A stretch of DNA of 64,000 nt from a bacterium (GTDB taxonomy: Bacteria; Actinomycetota; Coriobacteriia; Coriobacteriales; CADBOM01): assembly GCA_024698685.1 (NCBI GenBank), contig JAILQZ010000067.1:9787-73786 (forward strand), read 5' to 3'. A program made the translations under genes and the position numbers. This document shows, in pieces, positions 48,243-56,377 of the stretch. The notes below the pieces were generated by a model. That model was not told the DNA's origin. It saw nothing but the letters and a program-made list of their open reading frames with translations, and made no database searches. The stretch's first letter is position 1; every line of letters begins with the position of its first letter.

Positions 48243-49616
48243 ATGGCAAAGATGTGGGAAGGCCTCAACGAGGCCGACACAAGCGCTATTGCAGACGGCT
48301 TCAACTCCTCGATCGCCGTCGATCATCGGATGTACCGCGAGGACATTAACGGCAGCATCGCGCACGCCAGGATGCTCGCCAAGTGCGGGATCATCGAACC
48401 CGATGAGTGCGAGTCCCTCGTAGCTGGGCTCGCTGGCATCCTGAGCGACATCGATAGCGGCAAGTTGCCGTTCGACCCGAACGCCGAGGACATCCACATG
48501 TTCGTCGAGCAGGTGCTTACCGAGCGCATCGGCGAAATAGGCAAGAAACTGCACACCGCGCGCAGCCGCAACGACCAGGTCGCCCTCGATCTCAAGCTCT
48601 ATCTGATCGAGGAGTGCCGGTGCATCGAGGGGCTTCTCAAATCGCTCGTCGCCGAACTCATCAAGCAGGCCGAAGAGAATATCGAGGTCATCGTGCCAGG
48701 CTATACGCACCTTCAGCGTGCGCAACCGATCTTCTTCAGCCATCATCTGATGGCCTACGCCATGATGTTCCTGCGCGACATCGACCGCATCCGCGACTGC
48801 ATCAAGCGCATGGGCTCGTCTCCGATCGGCGCCTGCGCGCTCGCCGGCACCACGTTCGATACGGATAGGAAGTTCGAGGCAGGCCTGCTCGGGTTCGATT
48901 CGATAGCGCTCAACAGCATCGATGCCGTTTCCGACCGCGACCACTGCATCGAGCTTGCCAGCGACATTGCTATGATCTCCATGCACCTCAGCCGGCTTTC
49001 CGAGGAGCTCGTCCTCTGGCAGAGCTGGGAGTTCAAGTACATCGAGCTCAGCGATGCATTCACCACTGGCTCGTCGATCATGCCGCAGAAGAAGAACCCC
49101 GACATGGCCGAGCTGGTTCGCGGCAAGTCCGGCCGGATCTTCGGGAACCTTATCTCGCTGTTGGTTATGCTCAAGGGTCTCCCGCTGGCCTACAACAAGG
49201 ACATGCAGGAGGACAAGGAGGCCATCTTCGACAGCATCGATACGATCGACAACTGCCTGAAGGTCTTCATCCCGATGATCGAGACCATGAAGGTCATTCC
49301 CGAGAACATGCTCAAGGCCGCGCAAGGTGGCTTCATCAACGCCACCGATCTGGCCGATTATCTGGTGCGCAAGGGACTGCCGTTCCGCAGCGCCTACAAG
49401 ATCTCGGGCCAGCTGGTGCGCGAGTGCATCGAGACGGGCCAGGTGCTGGAGAAGCTGCCGCTCGAGGCTTACCAGGCGCACTGCGACCTCATCGAAGATG
49501 ATGTCTACGACGCAATCGATCTCAAGAATTGCGTCGAGCGCAGGATCTCTGCGGGCGGAACCTCCAAGGCATCGGTGCTTGCGCAGATCGAATACGCCAA
49601 GGAGGCGATCGCATGA
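48243..49616 (+). CDS. argH: argininosuccinate lyase
   Basis: Fumarate-lyase signature GSSIMPQKKNPD. 457 aa. Confidence 0.95.
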   Translation: MAKMWEGLNEADTSAIADGFNSSIAVDHRMYREDINGSIAHARMLAKCGIIEPDECESLVAGLAGILSDIDSGKLPFDPNAEDIHMFVEQVLTERIGEIGKKLHTARSRNDQVALDLKLYLIEECRCIEGLLKSLVAELIKQAEENIEVIVPGYTHLQRAQPIFFSHHLMAYAMMFLRDIDRIRDCIKRMGSSPIGACALAGTTFDTDRKFEAGLLGFDSIALNSIDAVSDRDHCIELASDIAMISMHLSRLSEELVLWQSWEFKYIELSDAFTTGSSIMPQKKNPDMAELVRGKSGRIFGNLISLLVMLKGLPLAYNKDMQEDKEAIFDSIDTIDNCLKVFIPMIETMKVIPENMLKAAQGGFINATDLADYLVRKGLPFRSAYKISGQLVRECIETGQVLEKLPLEAYQAHCDLIEDDVYDAIDLKNCVERRISAGGTSKASVLAQIEYAKEAIA

Positions 49617-50788
49617 CGACTTGGATCGCAGAGACTGACAAGAAGTACGTCGCCAACACGTACGGGCGCTTTCCGATCGAGCTCGTCGACGGTCATGGAT
49701 CCATCGCCATCGACTCCGATGGCAAGGAGTACATCGACCTCGGATCCGGCATCGCGGTCACCTCGTTCGGCATCAGCGATCCCGATTGGGTCAAGGCCGT
49801 CACCGAGCAGCTTGGCAAGATCCAGCACGCTTCGAACCTCTACTACACCCAGCCTTGCGCGGAGCTGGCGAAGCTCATCTGCGAGCGCACTGGCATGAGC
49901 AAGGTATTTTTCGGCAACTCGGGCGCCGAGGCCAACGAGTGCGCGATCAAGGTCGCGCGCAAGTATGGCGAGGACGTGTTGGGAAGGAAGAATCCAGTTA
50001 TCGTCTCTCTGGAGAACAGCTTCCACGGGAGGACTCTGGGCACGTTGGCGGCAACCGGCCAGGATTTCTTCCACAAGGATTTCCAACCCCTTCCCGAGGG
50101 GTTCGTCTACGCGCCCGCCAACGACATCGATGCCACGCTGGCAATAGCGAAGGATAGCGATGCCGTCGCGATCATGATCGAGTGCATCCAAGGCGAGGGC
50201 GGCGTCAACGTCCTCGAGCAAGCATACGTTAGGGCGCTCGCCGGCTATTGCGAGGAGAGCGGCACTCTCCTTCTCATCGACGAGGTGCAGACCGGCAACG
50301 GCCGCACCGGCGAGCTCTATTCCTATATGAATTACGGCATCAAGCCAGATGTCTTCACCACGGCCAAGGGCCTCGGTGGAGGGCTGCCGATCGGCGCTTG
50401 CGTGATGGGGGAGAGGGTCGCCGACGTTTTCGGGCCGAGTGACCATGGTTCGACCTTCGGCGGCAATCCCGTCGCATGCGCGGGCGCGATCAGCATCTTC
50501 AGCCGGATAGATGATACGCTGCTCGACGCCATCAAGCTCAAGGGCGAGTACATCAGGCGCAAGCTCGAGGGCGCCAAGGGCATCCAGAGCATCAGCGGCA
50601 TGGGCCTCATGATCGGCTTCCTTACCGACAGGCCGGCCAAGGATATCGTCAACGATTGCATAGCCGAAGGCGTCCTCTGCCTAACCGCCAAGAGCAAGGT
50701 CAGGCTCGTCCCGGCGCTCAACATCCCGATGGAGAAGCTGGAAGAGGCCGTCGAGATCATCAAGGAAGTCTGCGCGAAAGGTTTGTAA
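49613..50788 (+). CDS. argD: acetylornithine aminotransferase
   Basis: Start re-called to ATG 49613 (ATGA overlap with the argH stop). Class-III aminotransferase with PLP-Lys region [12 protein letters not shown]. Confidence 0.9.
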   Translation: MTTWIAETDKKYVANTYGRFPIELVDGHGSIAIDSDGKEYIDLGSGIAVTSFGISDPDWVKAVTEQLGKIQHASNLYYTQPCAELAKLICERTGMSKVFFGNSGAEANECAIKVARKYGEDVLGRKNPVIVSLENSFHGRTLGTLAATGQDFFHKDFQPLPEGFVYAPANDIDATLAIAKDSDAVAIMIECIQGEGGVNVLEQAYVRALAGYCEESGTLLLIDEVQTGNGRTGELYSYMNYGIKPDVFTTAKGLGGGLPIGACVMGERVADVFGPSDHGSTFGGNPVACAGAISIFSRIDDTLLDAIKLKGEYIRRKLEGAKGIQSISGMGLMIGFLTDRPAKDIVNDCIAEGVLCLTAKSKVRLVPALNIPMEKLEEAVEIIKEVCAKGL

Positions 50789-50790
50789 AG

Positions 50791-51777
50791 ATGGATTTGA
50801 AGGGTAGGAGCTTCCTCAAGCTCTTGGATTACACTCCAGAGGAGATCGCGTATCTGCTCGATTTGGCTGCCGAGCTCAAGGCTAAGAAGCAGGCCGGCGA
50901 GCTGCACAAGTACTGCTACGGCAAGAACATCGCGCTCATCTTCGAAAAGACCAGCACGCGCACAAGGTGCTCGTTCGAGGTGGCCTCGGCCGATTTGGGC
51001 ATGCACGCGGTCTACCTCGACCCCAAGGCTTCGCAGATCGGCAAGAAGGAGTCGATCAGGGACACCGCACGCGTTCTCGGGAGGATGTTCGACGCCATCG
51101 AGTATCGCGGCTTCGGGCAGGAGCGCGTCGAGGCGCTCGCAGAGTATTCGGGAGTTCCGGTCTACAACGGCCTCACCGATGAGTTCCACCCGACTCAGAT
51201 CCTCGCCGACTTCCTCACCATACGCGAGCATTTCGGCAAGCTCGAGGGCATAAAGTTCGTCTACATGGGCGATGCGCGCTTCAACATGGCCAATTCGTTG
51301 ATGGTGGGTTGCGCCAAGATGGGACTCCACTTCGTAGCGTGCGCGCCTGAGAGCTACTTCCCGAACGCCGACCTCACCGCCCGATGCAAGGAGATCGCGC
51401 AGGAGACCGGCGCATCGATCGAGTTCATCACCGATCCGATGGTCGCCACAAAGGATGCTAACGTCATCTACACCGATGTCTGGGTCTCTATGGGCGAGCC
51501 TGAGGATGTCTGGGCGGAGCGAATACGCGACCTCGAGCCCTACCGCGTTACGGCCGGGCTGCTGGAAAACGGGGCCGACAACTGCAAGTTCATGCATTGC
51601 CTGCCCGCATACCACGACCTCGAGACCGATACCGGCGCCAAGATCAATGAGCTCTTCGGGCTCGATTGCATGGAGGTCACCGACGAGGTGTTCGAAGGGG
51701 AGAGGTCGATTGTCTTCGATGAGGCCGAGAACCGCATGCACACGATCAAGGCGATCATCGCTGCAACGCTGGCCTGA
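50791..51777 (+). CDS. argF: ornithine carbamoyltransferase
   Basis: Start re-called to ATG 50791. [16 protein letters not shown] and [10 protein letters not shown] motifs. Confidence 0.9.
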   Translation: MDLKGRSFLKLLDYTPEEIAYLLDLAAELKAKKQAGELHKYCYGKNIALIFEKTSTRTRCSFEVASADLGMHAVYLDPKASQIGKKESIRDTARVLGRMFDAIEYRGFGQERVEALAEYSGVPVYNGLTDEFHPTQILADFLTIREHFGKLEGIKFVYMGDARFNMANSLMVGCAKMGLHFVACAPESYFPNADLTARCKEIAQETGASIEFITDPMVATKDANVIYTDVWVSMGEPEDVWAERIRDLEPYRVTAGLLENGADNCKFMHCLPAYHDLETDTGAKINELFGLDCMEVTDEVFEGERSIVFDEAENRMHTIKAIIAATLA

Positions 51778-51804
51778 TCGAGGCCTCCATATCGTCTGGA
51801 ATAG

Positions 51805-51830
51805 CAGCGCATCGCCTTTGCGGTGCGCTG
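51805..51830. terminator. hairpin between convergent argF and phosphatase genes
   Basis: CAGCGCA/TGCGCTG 7-bp stem with a 12-nt loop, followed by TCTCTATATC. Confidence 0.4.
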
Positions 51831-51833
51831 TCT

Positions 51834-52415
51834 CTATATCTCGATGCGCGCGGGAACGGAGTATCCTCCACCTGCAAACTCGGTCTCGTAGACAACGCAA
51901 TTGGGGAAGTAGGTGCTCCAGTACTTGCCTTTCGAATCGGGCGTGAGGTACTCTATCGCGCCCTTCATCGCGATGGCGTGGGTGGCGACAAGCACGCACT
52001 CTTCGCCATCGTTGGCTATCTCCATCATGAAGTTGCCGAGTCGCGCGACGATCTCCGACAGGCTTTCCATCCCCTCGGGTGCCGGATTGTTCACGAAGTC
52101 GCTGAAGAATTCGACGATTTCGGGTAGGGGATCGGTGAGGCTGGAGCCCTCGTAAGGGCCGTAGTCCATCTCCAGGAGGCGGTCATCCGAGATGAGATCG
52201 GCACTATCGCCTGCGATGATCCTTGCTGTCTCCATAGCACGCGAAAGCGGACTCGAGTAGACCTTGTCGAAGAGGATGCCTTGCTCGGCGAACCAATCGC
52301 GAACCTTGCGCGACTGCGCGCGTCCAGCATCGTTGAGAGGGGAGTTGCTCCTGCCCTGGAGCACCTTCTCCTTGTTCTTCTCCGTCTCTCCATGTCGAAC
52401 GATATAGACCTTCAA
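51834..52415 (-). CDS. histidine phosphatase family protein (phosphoglycerate mutase-like)
   Basis: YIVRHGETEKN catalytic motif. Probable TTG start at 52415 (GGAG 5 nt upstream), whereas the track ORF extends to 52484. Confidence 0.7.
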   Translation of the reverse strand: MKVYIVRHGETEKNKEKVLQGRSNSPLNDAGRAQSRKVRDWFAEQGILFDKVYSSPLSRAMETARIIAGDSADLISDDRLLEMDYGPYEGSSLTDPLPEIVEFFSDFVNNPAPEGMESLSEIVARLGNFMMEIANDGEECVLVATHAIAMKGAIEYLTPDSKGKYWSTYFPNCVVYETEFAGGGYSVPARIEI

Positions 52416-52597
52416 AGCTCGCTCCAAACCATCTTTCGACCGTATATACGCAGGTATTGGTGCTCTCTGGAATATGCCCGCCAAATAAATCCTGTTTCCT
52501 GAACAGTCGCAGAACGGCGCATGCCTCCCCGCGCATTTTCATTCCACAGACATATTAGCGTATGCCATTGTTGCCGATTAATCATTCCCAATGCTTG

Positions 52598-52619
52598 GAA
52601 AACTGCCCGAAAACTGTCC
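52598..52619 (+). repeat. tandem 11-bp direct repeat GAAAACTGCCC/GAAAACTGTCC
   Basis: 10/11 identical, head-to-tail, about 62-83 nt upstream of the TATAAT at 52681. Confidence 0.8.
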
Positions 52620-52637
52620 CACTCGCTAGTTTTTGAG

Positions 52638-52647
52638 CCAAATTTGG
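52638..52647. repeat. perfect 10-bp palindrome CCAAATTTGG
   Basis: Read directly. Centre lies about 39 nt upstream of the start of the TATAAT at 52681 (34 nt from the palindrome's end). Confidence 0.8.
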
Positions 52648-52680
52648 TCCGATTGCACTGAATCTAGCGCGCTTCAACCG

Positions 52681-52686
52681 TATAAT
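52681..52686 (+). promoter_or_regulatory. consensus -10 hexamer TATAAT upstream of the molybdoenzyme cassette
   Basis: Perfect TATAAT 44 nt upstream of ATG 52730. No acceptable -35 at 16-18 nt (the nearest TTGCAC is 22 nt away). Confidence 0.35.
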
Positions 52687-52729
52687 GCACATAAGGTTTG
52701 TAATCTGAAACTGAAGGGTAAGGTTTAAT

Positions 52730-53215
52730 ATGGCAACTAATGGTCTTTTGATTGATTATGAGTATTGCACCCATTGCGGCTCTTGCGAGGTTTCCTGCAA
52801 AGAAGAGCATGGATATCCCGTAGGCAAGGGTGGAATCAAGGTTCTGGGTGATGGCCCATGGAAGATCGACGAGGACACTTGGAACTGGAATTGGTATCCG
52901 CTGCCAACCGACCTCTGCGATCTCTGCGCAGACAGGACCGCTAAGGGCAAGGAGCCGATTTGCGCGCATCACTGCCTTTCCAGCATCATCAAGTATGGAG
53001 AGGTTGAGGAGCTCGCCAAGGAGCTCGCCAGGAAGCCGAAGCAATTCCTCATCGTTCCGCAGTACAAGCCGCTTGAGGCTCGCGGACAGTTCGTCCATGT
53101 CGACAAGGGCACCGAGCATCGCGCCGCCCATATGGACATCTCTGGAACCGGAGAGGCTACTTTCGGAGCGCATCGCCACGATGCCAAGGTCGGAGATTAC
53201 GAGACCGAAGCCTAG
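52730..53215 (+). CDS. small 2x[4Fe-4S] ferredoxin-type electron-transfer subunit
   Basis: 161 aa. Eight Cys arranged as CTHCGSCEVSC and CDLCADRTAKGKEPICAHHC. About 60-aa Cys-free C-terminal tail. GAAGGG SD. Confidence 0.8.
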   Translation: MATNGLLIDYEYCTHCGSCEVSCKEEHGYPVGKGGIKVLGDGPWKIDEDTWNWNWYPLPTDLCDLCADRTAKGKEPICAHHCLSSIIKYGEVEELAKELARKPKQFLIVPQYKPLEARGQFVHVDKGTEHRAAHMDISGTGEATFGAHRHDAKVGDYETEA

Positions 53216-53270
53216 TAGTTGCAATAGCCGATAACACTGAATCCACTTTCAAAGGGTATTAGGAGGAAAG

Positions 53271-55637
53271 ATGCAAGAGTCCGATTATGTAGCTGCTCCC
53301 GTTGTCAAACTGGACACGCTCTCCGATGTTAACGATATTGGCAAGCCTTGGCGCTATCAGGACGAGAACTTCACCGTTACGAGGTCTTGTCCTTGGTCGC
53401 CTCCCGGATGCCACCCCGTAGGCTGCGGCCTCAAGCTCTATGTCGATGAGAACGGCAGGCTCGAAAAGGTCGAGGGCGACGAGAACCATCCCGTCACCCA
53501 GGGACGCCTTTGCCCGAGGTGCATCGCTCTCAAGGATTACGTCTACAGCCCCGCACGCATCTTCAAGCCGATGAAGCGCGCCCGCAGGGATCGCGGCAAC
53601 GCCGATGCTTGGCAGGAGATCTCCTGGGACGAGGCCTTCGCGATCATCAAGATCTATTACGAGCGCATCGTCAAGGAATATGGCCATGAGGCCATCGTGG
53701 GCTTCTCCGGAACCGGTCGCGAGGGCGGCACGATGTCGCTCTATCCGACGATGGTCTTCGGAACCCCGAACTACTGCTACACGCAGTCCGGCTACGCATG
53801 CTACACTCCGCGCCTCGCCGCAGTCGCCTACATCGTAGGCTGCACCTATCCCGAGTGGGATTACGCCGGCGCACTCCCGGGTCGCTGGGAGGACGAGCGC
53901 TATGAGCTCACCGAGTGCCTGATCTTCTGGGGCAAGGCTCCTCTCGAGTCCAACCCCGACGGCTTCTTCGGCCATGCCGTCATCGACGCCATGCGCCGTG
54001 GAACCAGGACCATCTCGATCGACCCGCGCGTCAACTGGCTTGCAACCCGCTCCGACATCCATCTGCAGATCCGCCCCGGCACCGACACCGCACTTGGCCT
54101 CGCGATGCTCAACATCATCATCAACGAGGATCTCTACGACCACGATTTCGTCGAGTACTGGTGCTACGGCTTCAACGAGCTCGCCGAGCGCGTGCAGTAC
54201 ATGACCCCGGAGAACGCTGCCGAGATCTGCCAGGTTCCCGTCGAGAAGATCTACGCTGCAGCCAGGATGTATGCAACCGCCAAGCCTGCGGCCATCATGT
54301 GGGGCCTCGCAGTCGACCAGAAGACCAACGGCATGCAGAACGGCCAGGTCATCATCGACCTCCAGGCCATCACCGGCAATCTCGACCGTCCTGGTGGTCA
54401 GCTCCTTCCGGGCGCAGACGCAGGTCACAACGAGCTCGGCTTCGGATTCGCCGAGTCCATCGGCCCTGAGCTTATGTCCAAGATGGTTGGCCTCGATAAG
54501 TATCCCGCGTACTGCAACATGATCCTCAACGCACAGGCAGACATGATGCTCGAGGCTCTCGAGACTGATGAGCCCTATCCGATCCGCATGGGATTCTACA
54601 TGGGCAACAACCTCCTCGCATGCACCTCGATGGAGCCCAAGCGCTGGCACGACGCAATCATCAAGTCGCTCGAGTTCTGCATTGGCATCGACACCTTCAT
54701 GACCCCGTCCATCGAGGCCACCTGCGATCTCTTCCTTCCGATCGCAACGGTTGCCGAGCGCGAGGGCACTGTTTTCACCCACTATGCGCCTTGCACGGTC
54801 ACCGCTGGCTTCATGCACAAGGCCATCGACTGCGGCGGCCTTCCGTCCGACATGGAGCTCGCCTACGAGCTCGGCAAGTACCTCCACCCGGAGCGCTTCG
54901 CCAAGTGGGCCAACGCGCATGAGCTCGTCGAGCAGTTCCGCCTCGGCGTCAACGAGCACGGCGAATACTTCGACCGCGTCTCCGAGTGCGTCGTCGCCCA
55001 GATCCCGATCGAGTACTACAAGTACGAGAAGGGCCTGCTGCGTCCCGACGGAATGCCTGGTTTCGCAACCCCGACCGGCCGCGTAGAGCTCTGGTCCTCC
55101 GCATTCAACCAGTTCGGCGAGGATCCGCTGCCTTACTACGAGGAGCCCGAGTTCGGTCCCGTCGCTTCGCCCGAGCTCATGGAGGAGTACCCGTTCGTCC
55201 TCACCACCGGCGCCCGCGTAACCGCCTTCTTCCACAGCGAGCATCGCCAGATTCCGTATCTGCGCGAGCTCAACCCCGATCCGATCGTCGAGATCAACCC
55301 GAAGGTCGCCCAGGAGTACAACATCGCCGATGGCCAGTGGGTCAAGATCTCCAGCCCGTTCGGCGAGTGCGTCCAGAAGGCAGTCGTTTGCGAGTGCGTC
55401 GACGAGAAGACCATCCACGCGCAGCATGCATGGTGGTTCCCGGAGGAGGACGGCAACGAGCCCAACCTCTACGGCGTATTCCGCTCCAACATCAACAACC
55501 TGCTTCCCAACGGACATATGGGCAAGCTCGGCTTCGGCGCTCCGAACAAGTGCCTCATCTGCAAGATCGAGCCGACCGCGGAGTCCTATGACACCGACAT
55601 GCAGGCGATTTGGGAGAAGTTCGGAACCCTCGTCTAA
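53271..55637 (+). CDS. molybdopterin (bis-PGD) oxidoreductase catalytic subunit, no Tat signal
   Basis: 788 aa. N-terminal Cys group CPWSPPGCHPVGCG..x28..CPRC. Internal molybdopterin oxidoreductase domains and the C-terminal dinucleotide-binding barrel (YPFVLTTGARV..EINPKVAQEYNIADGQWVKISSPFG). AGGAGGA SD. No RR motif in the N-terminus. Confidence 0.9.
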   Translation: MQESDYVAAPVVKLDTLSDVNDIGKPWRYQDENFTVTRSCPWSPPGCHPVGCGLKLYVDENGRLEKVEGDENHPVTQGRLCPRCIALKDYVYSPARIFKPMKRARRDRGNADAWQEISWDEAFAIIKIYYERIVKEYGHEAIVGFSGTGREGGTMSLYPTMVFGTPNYCYTQSGYACYTPRLAAVAYIVGCTYPEWDYAGALPGRWEDERYELTECLIFWGKAPLESNPDGFFGHAVIDAMRRGTRTISIDPRVNWLATRSDIHLQIRPGTDTALGLAMLNIIINEDLYDHDFVEYWCYGFNELAERVQYMTPENAAEICQVPVEKIYAAARMYATAKPAAIMWGLAVDQKTNGMQNGQVIIDLQAITGNLDRPGGQLLPGADAGHNELGFGFAESIGPELMSKMVGLDKYPAYCNMILNAQADMMLEALETDEPYPIRMGFYMGNNLLACTSMEPKRWHDAIIKSLEFCIGIDTFMTPSIEATCDLFLPIATVAEREGTVFTHYAPCTVTAGFMHKAIDCGGLPSDMELAYELGKYLHPERFAKWANAHELVEQFRLGVNEHGEYFDRVSECVVAQIPIEYYKYEKGLLRPDGMPGFATPTGRVELWSSAFNQFGEDPLPYYEEPEFGPVASPELMEEYPFVLTTGARVTAFFHSEHRQIPYLRELNPDPIVEINPKVAQEYNIADGQWVKISSPFGECVQKAVVCECVDEKTIHAQHAWWFPEEDGNEPNLYGVFRSNINNLLPNGHMGKLGFGAPNKCLICKIEPTAESYDTDMQAIWEKFGTLV

Positions 55638-56077
55638 TGAGCGTAGACGACCTCAAAGGTTCGATAGCGTATATCCTCTACCGAGGAGGAGCAATAGGAG
55701 AGGAGCTGGTCGACGATCGTTCGACCGGCTCCCCTTTGCCTGTTGCGATAGGTGCAGGTCGCGTGCCCAAGGGCATCGAGGAGGCCATCTGCTCGATGGA
55801 GGTGGGGGAGAGCAAAACCGTGCGCATCCCACCGGAGAAGGGCTACAGCCACTACAACCAGAAGGATGTCCAGTGGTACACGCGCGCTCTCATACCGAAC
55901 GGATACAGCCTCAAAACGGGAGATATCGTCACTCTTTCGCATCCTCAGGACAAAAGTGTTAGAGTGGGTAGGGTGATAGAGGAAACCGAGGACCTCGTAC
56001 GCATCGACCTCAATCATCCATATGCAGGCAAGGAGCTTGAGTATTGGATCAAGCTCGTGGATTTGAAACAGAGATGA
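55637..56077 (+). CDS. FKBP-type peptidyl-prolyl isomerase, SlyD-like
   Basis: Start re-called to ATG 55637 (TAATG overlap with the upstream stop). FKBP motifs GIEEAICSMEVGESKTVRIPPEKGY and DLNHPYAGKELEYWIKLVDL, with an inserted flap region. No His-rich tail. Confidence 0.8.
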   Translation: MSVDDLKGSIAYILYRGGAIGEELVDDRSTGSPLPVAIGAGRVPKGIEEAICSMEVGESKTVRIPPEKGYSHYNQKDVQWYTRALIPNGYSLKTGDIVTLSHPQDKSVRVGRVIEETEDLVRIDLNHPYAGKELEYWIKLVDLKQR

Positions 56078-56262
56078 TCGCCTTGTGTTATCCATGCACC
56101 AGTTGCGGCAAATGCGGCAAGTTCAAGAAGGATAGCCCCCTCTACACACCTACGCCCACGCTTCCTTGCATGAAGTGCGGCGGCGATGTCGATCTCGAAA
56201 CAGGCAAGTGCACCAAGTGCGGAGAAGTTGCATTCCTCACTGCTGGAATGAGGGACAAATAG
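56074..56262 (+). CDS. 62-aa eight-cysteine miniprotein (two putative Cys4 sites)
   Basis: Start re-called to ATG 56074 (ATGA overlap with the FKBP stop). CYPCTSCGKC plus CMKC-x10-CTKC. Confidence 0.55.
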   Translation: MIALCYPCTSCGKCGKFKKDSPLYTPTPTLPCMKCGGDVDLETGKCTKCGEVAFLTAGMRDK

Positions 56263-56289
56263 CCTCCATCGGCGCATTCGCATTCACCC

Positions 56290-56301
56290 ATCAGATCTGA
56301 T
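56290..56301. repeat. perfect 12-bp palindrome ATCAGATCTGAT
   Basis: Read directly. It lies 39 nt upstream of the TATAAT at 56340-56345. The half-site ATCAGA recurs at 56371-56376, just before ATG 56378. Confidence 0.8.
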
Positions 56302-56377
56302 AATTCATATCCAAATAGCTTAAGCACTCTCCGATTTCGTATAATTCCGCAACACTTTCGAGCAGATAAGATCAGAA

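Noticed and set aside
46947-49481. 844-aa ORF antisense to argG-argH
   Set aside because: It spans two well-supported genes and their intergenic gap on the other strand. Composition is Leu/Arg/Asp/Val-rich and motif-free. It is a shadow ORF.
53259-55517. 752-aa ORF antisense to the molybdoenzyme gene. Similar cases are 20013-21917, 32791-34458, 50332-51999, 56372-57664 and 24327-25295.
   Set aside because: In each case the sense-strand protein has clear family signatures. The antisense translations are degenerate Arg/Gly/Asp/Leu-rich sequences.
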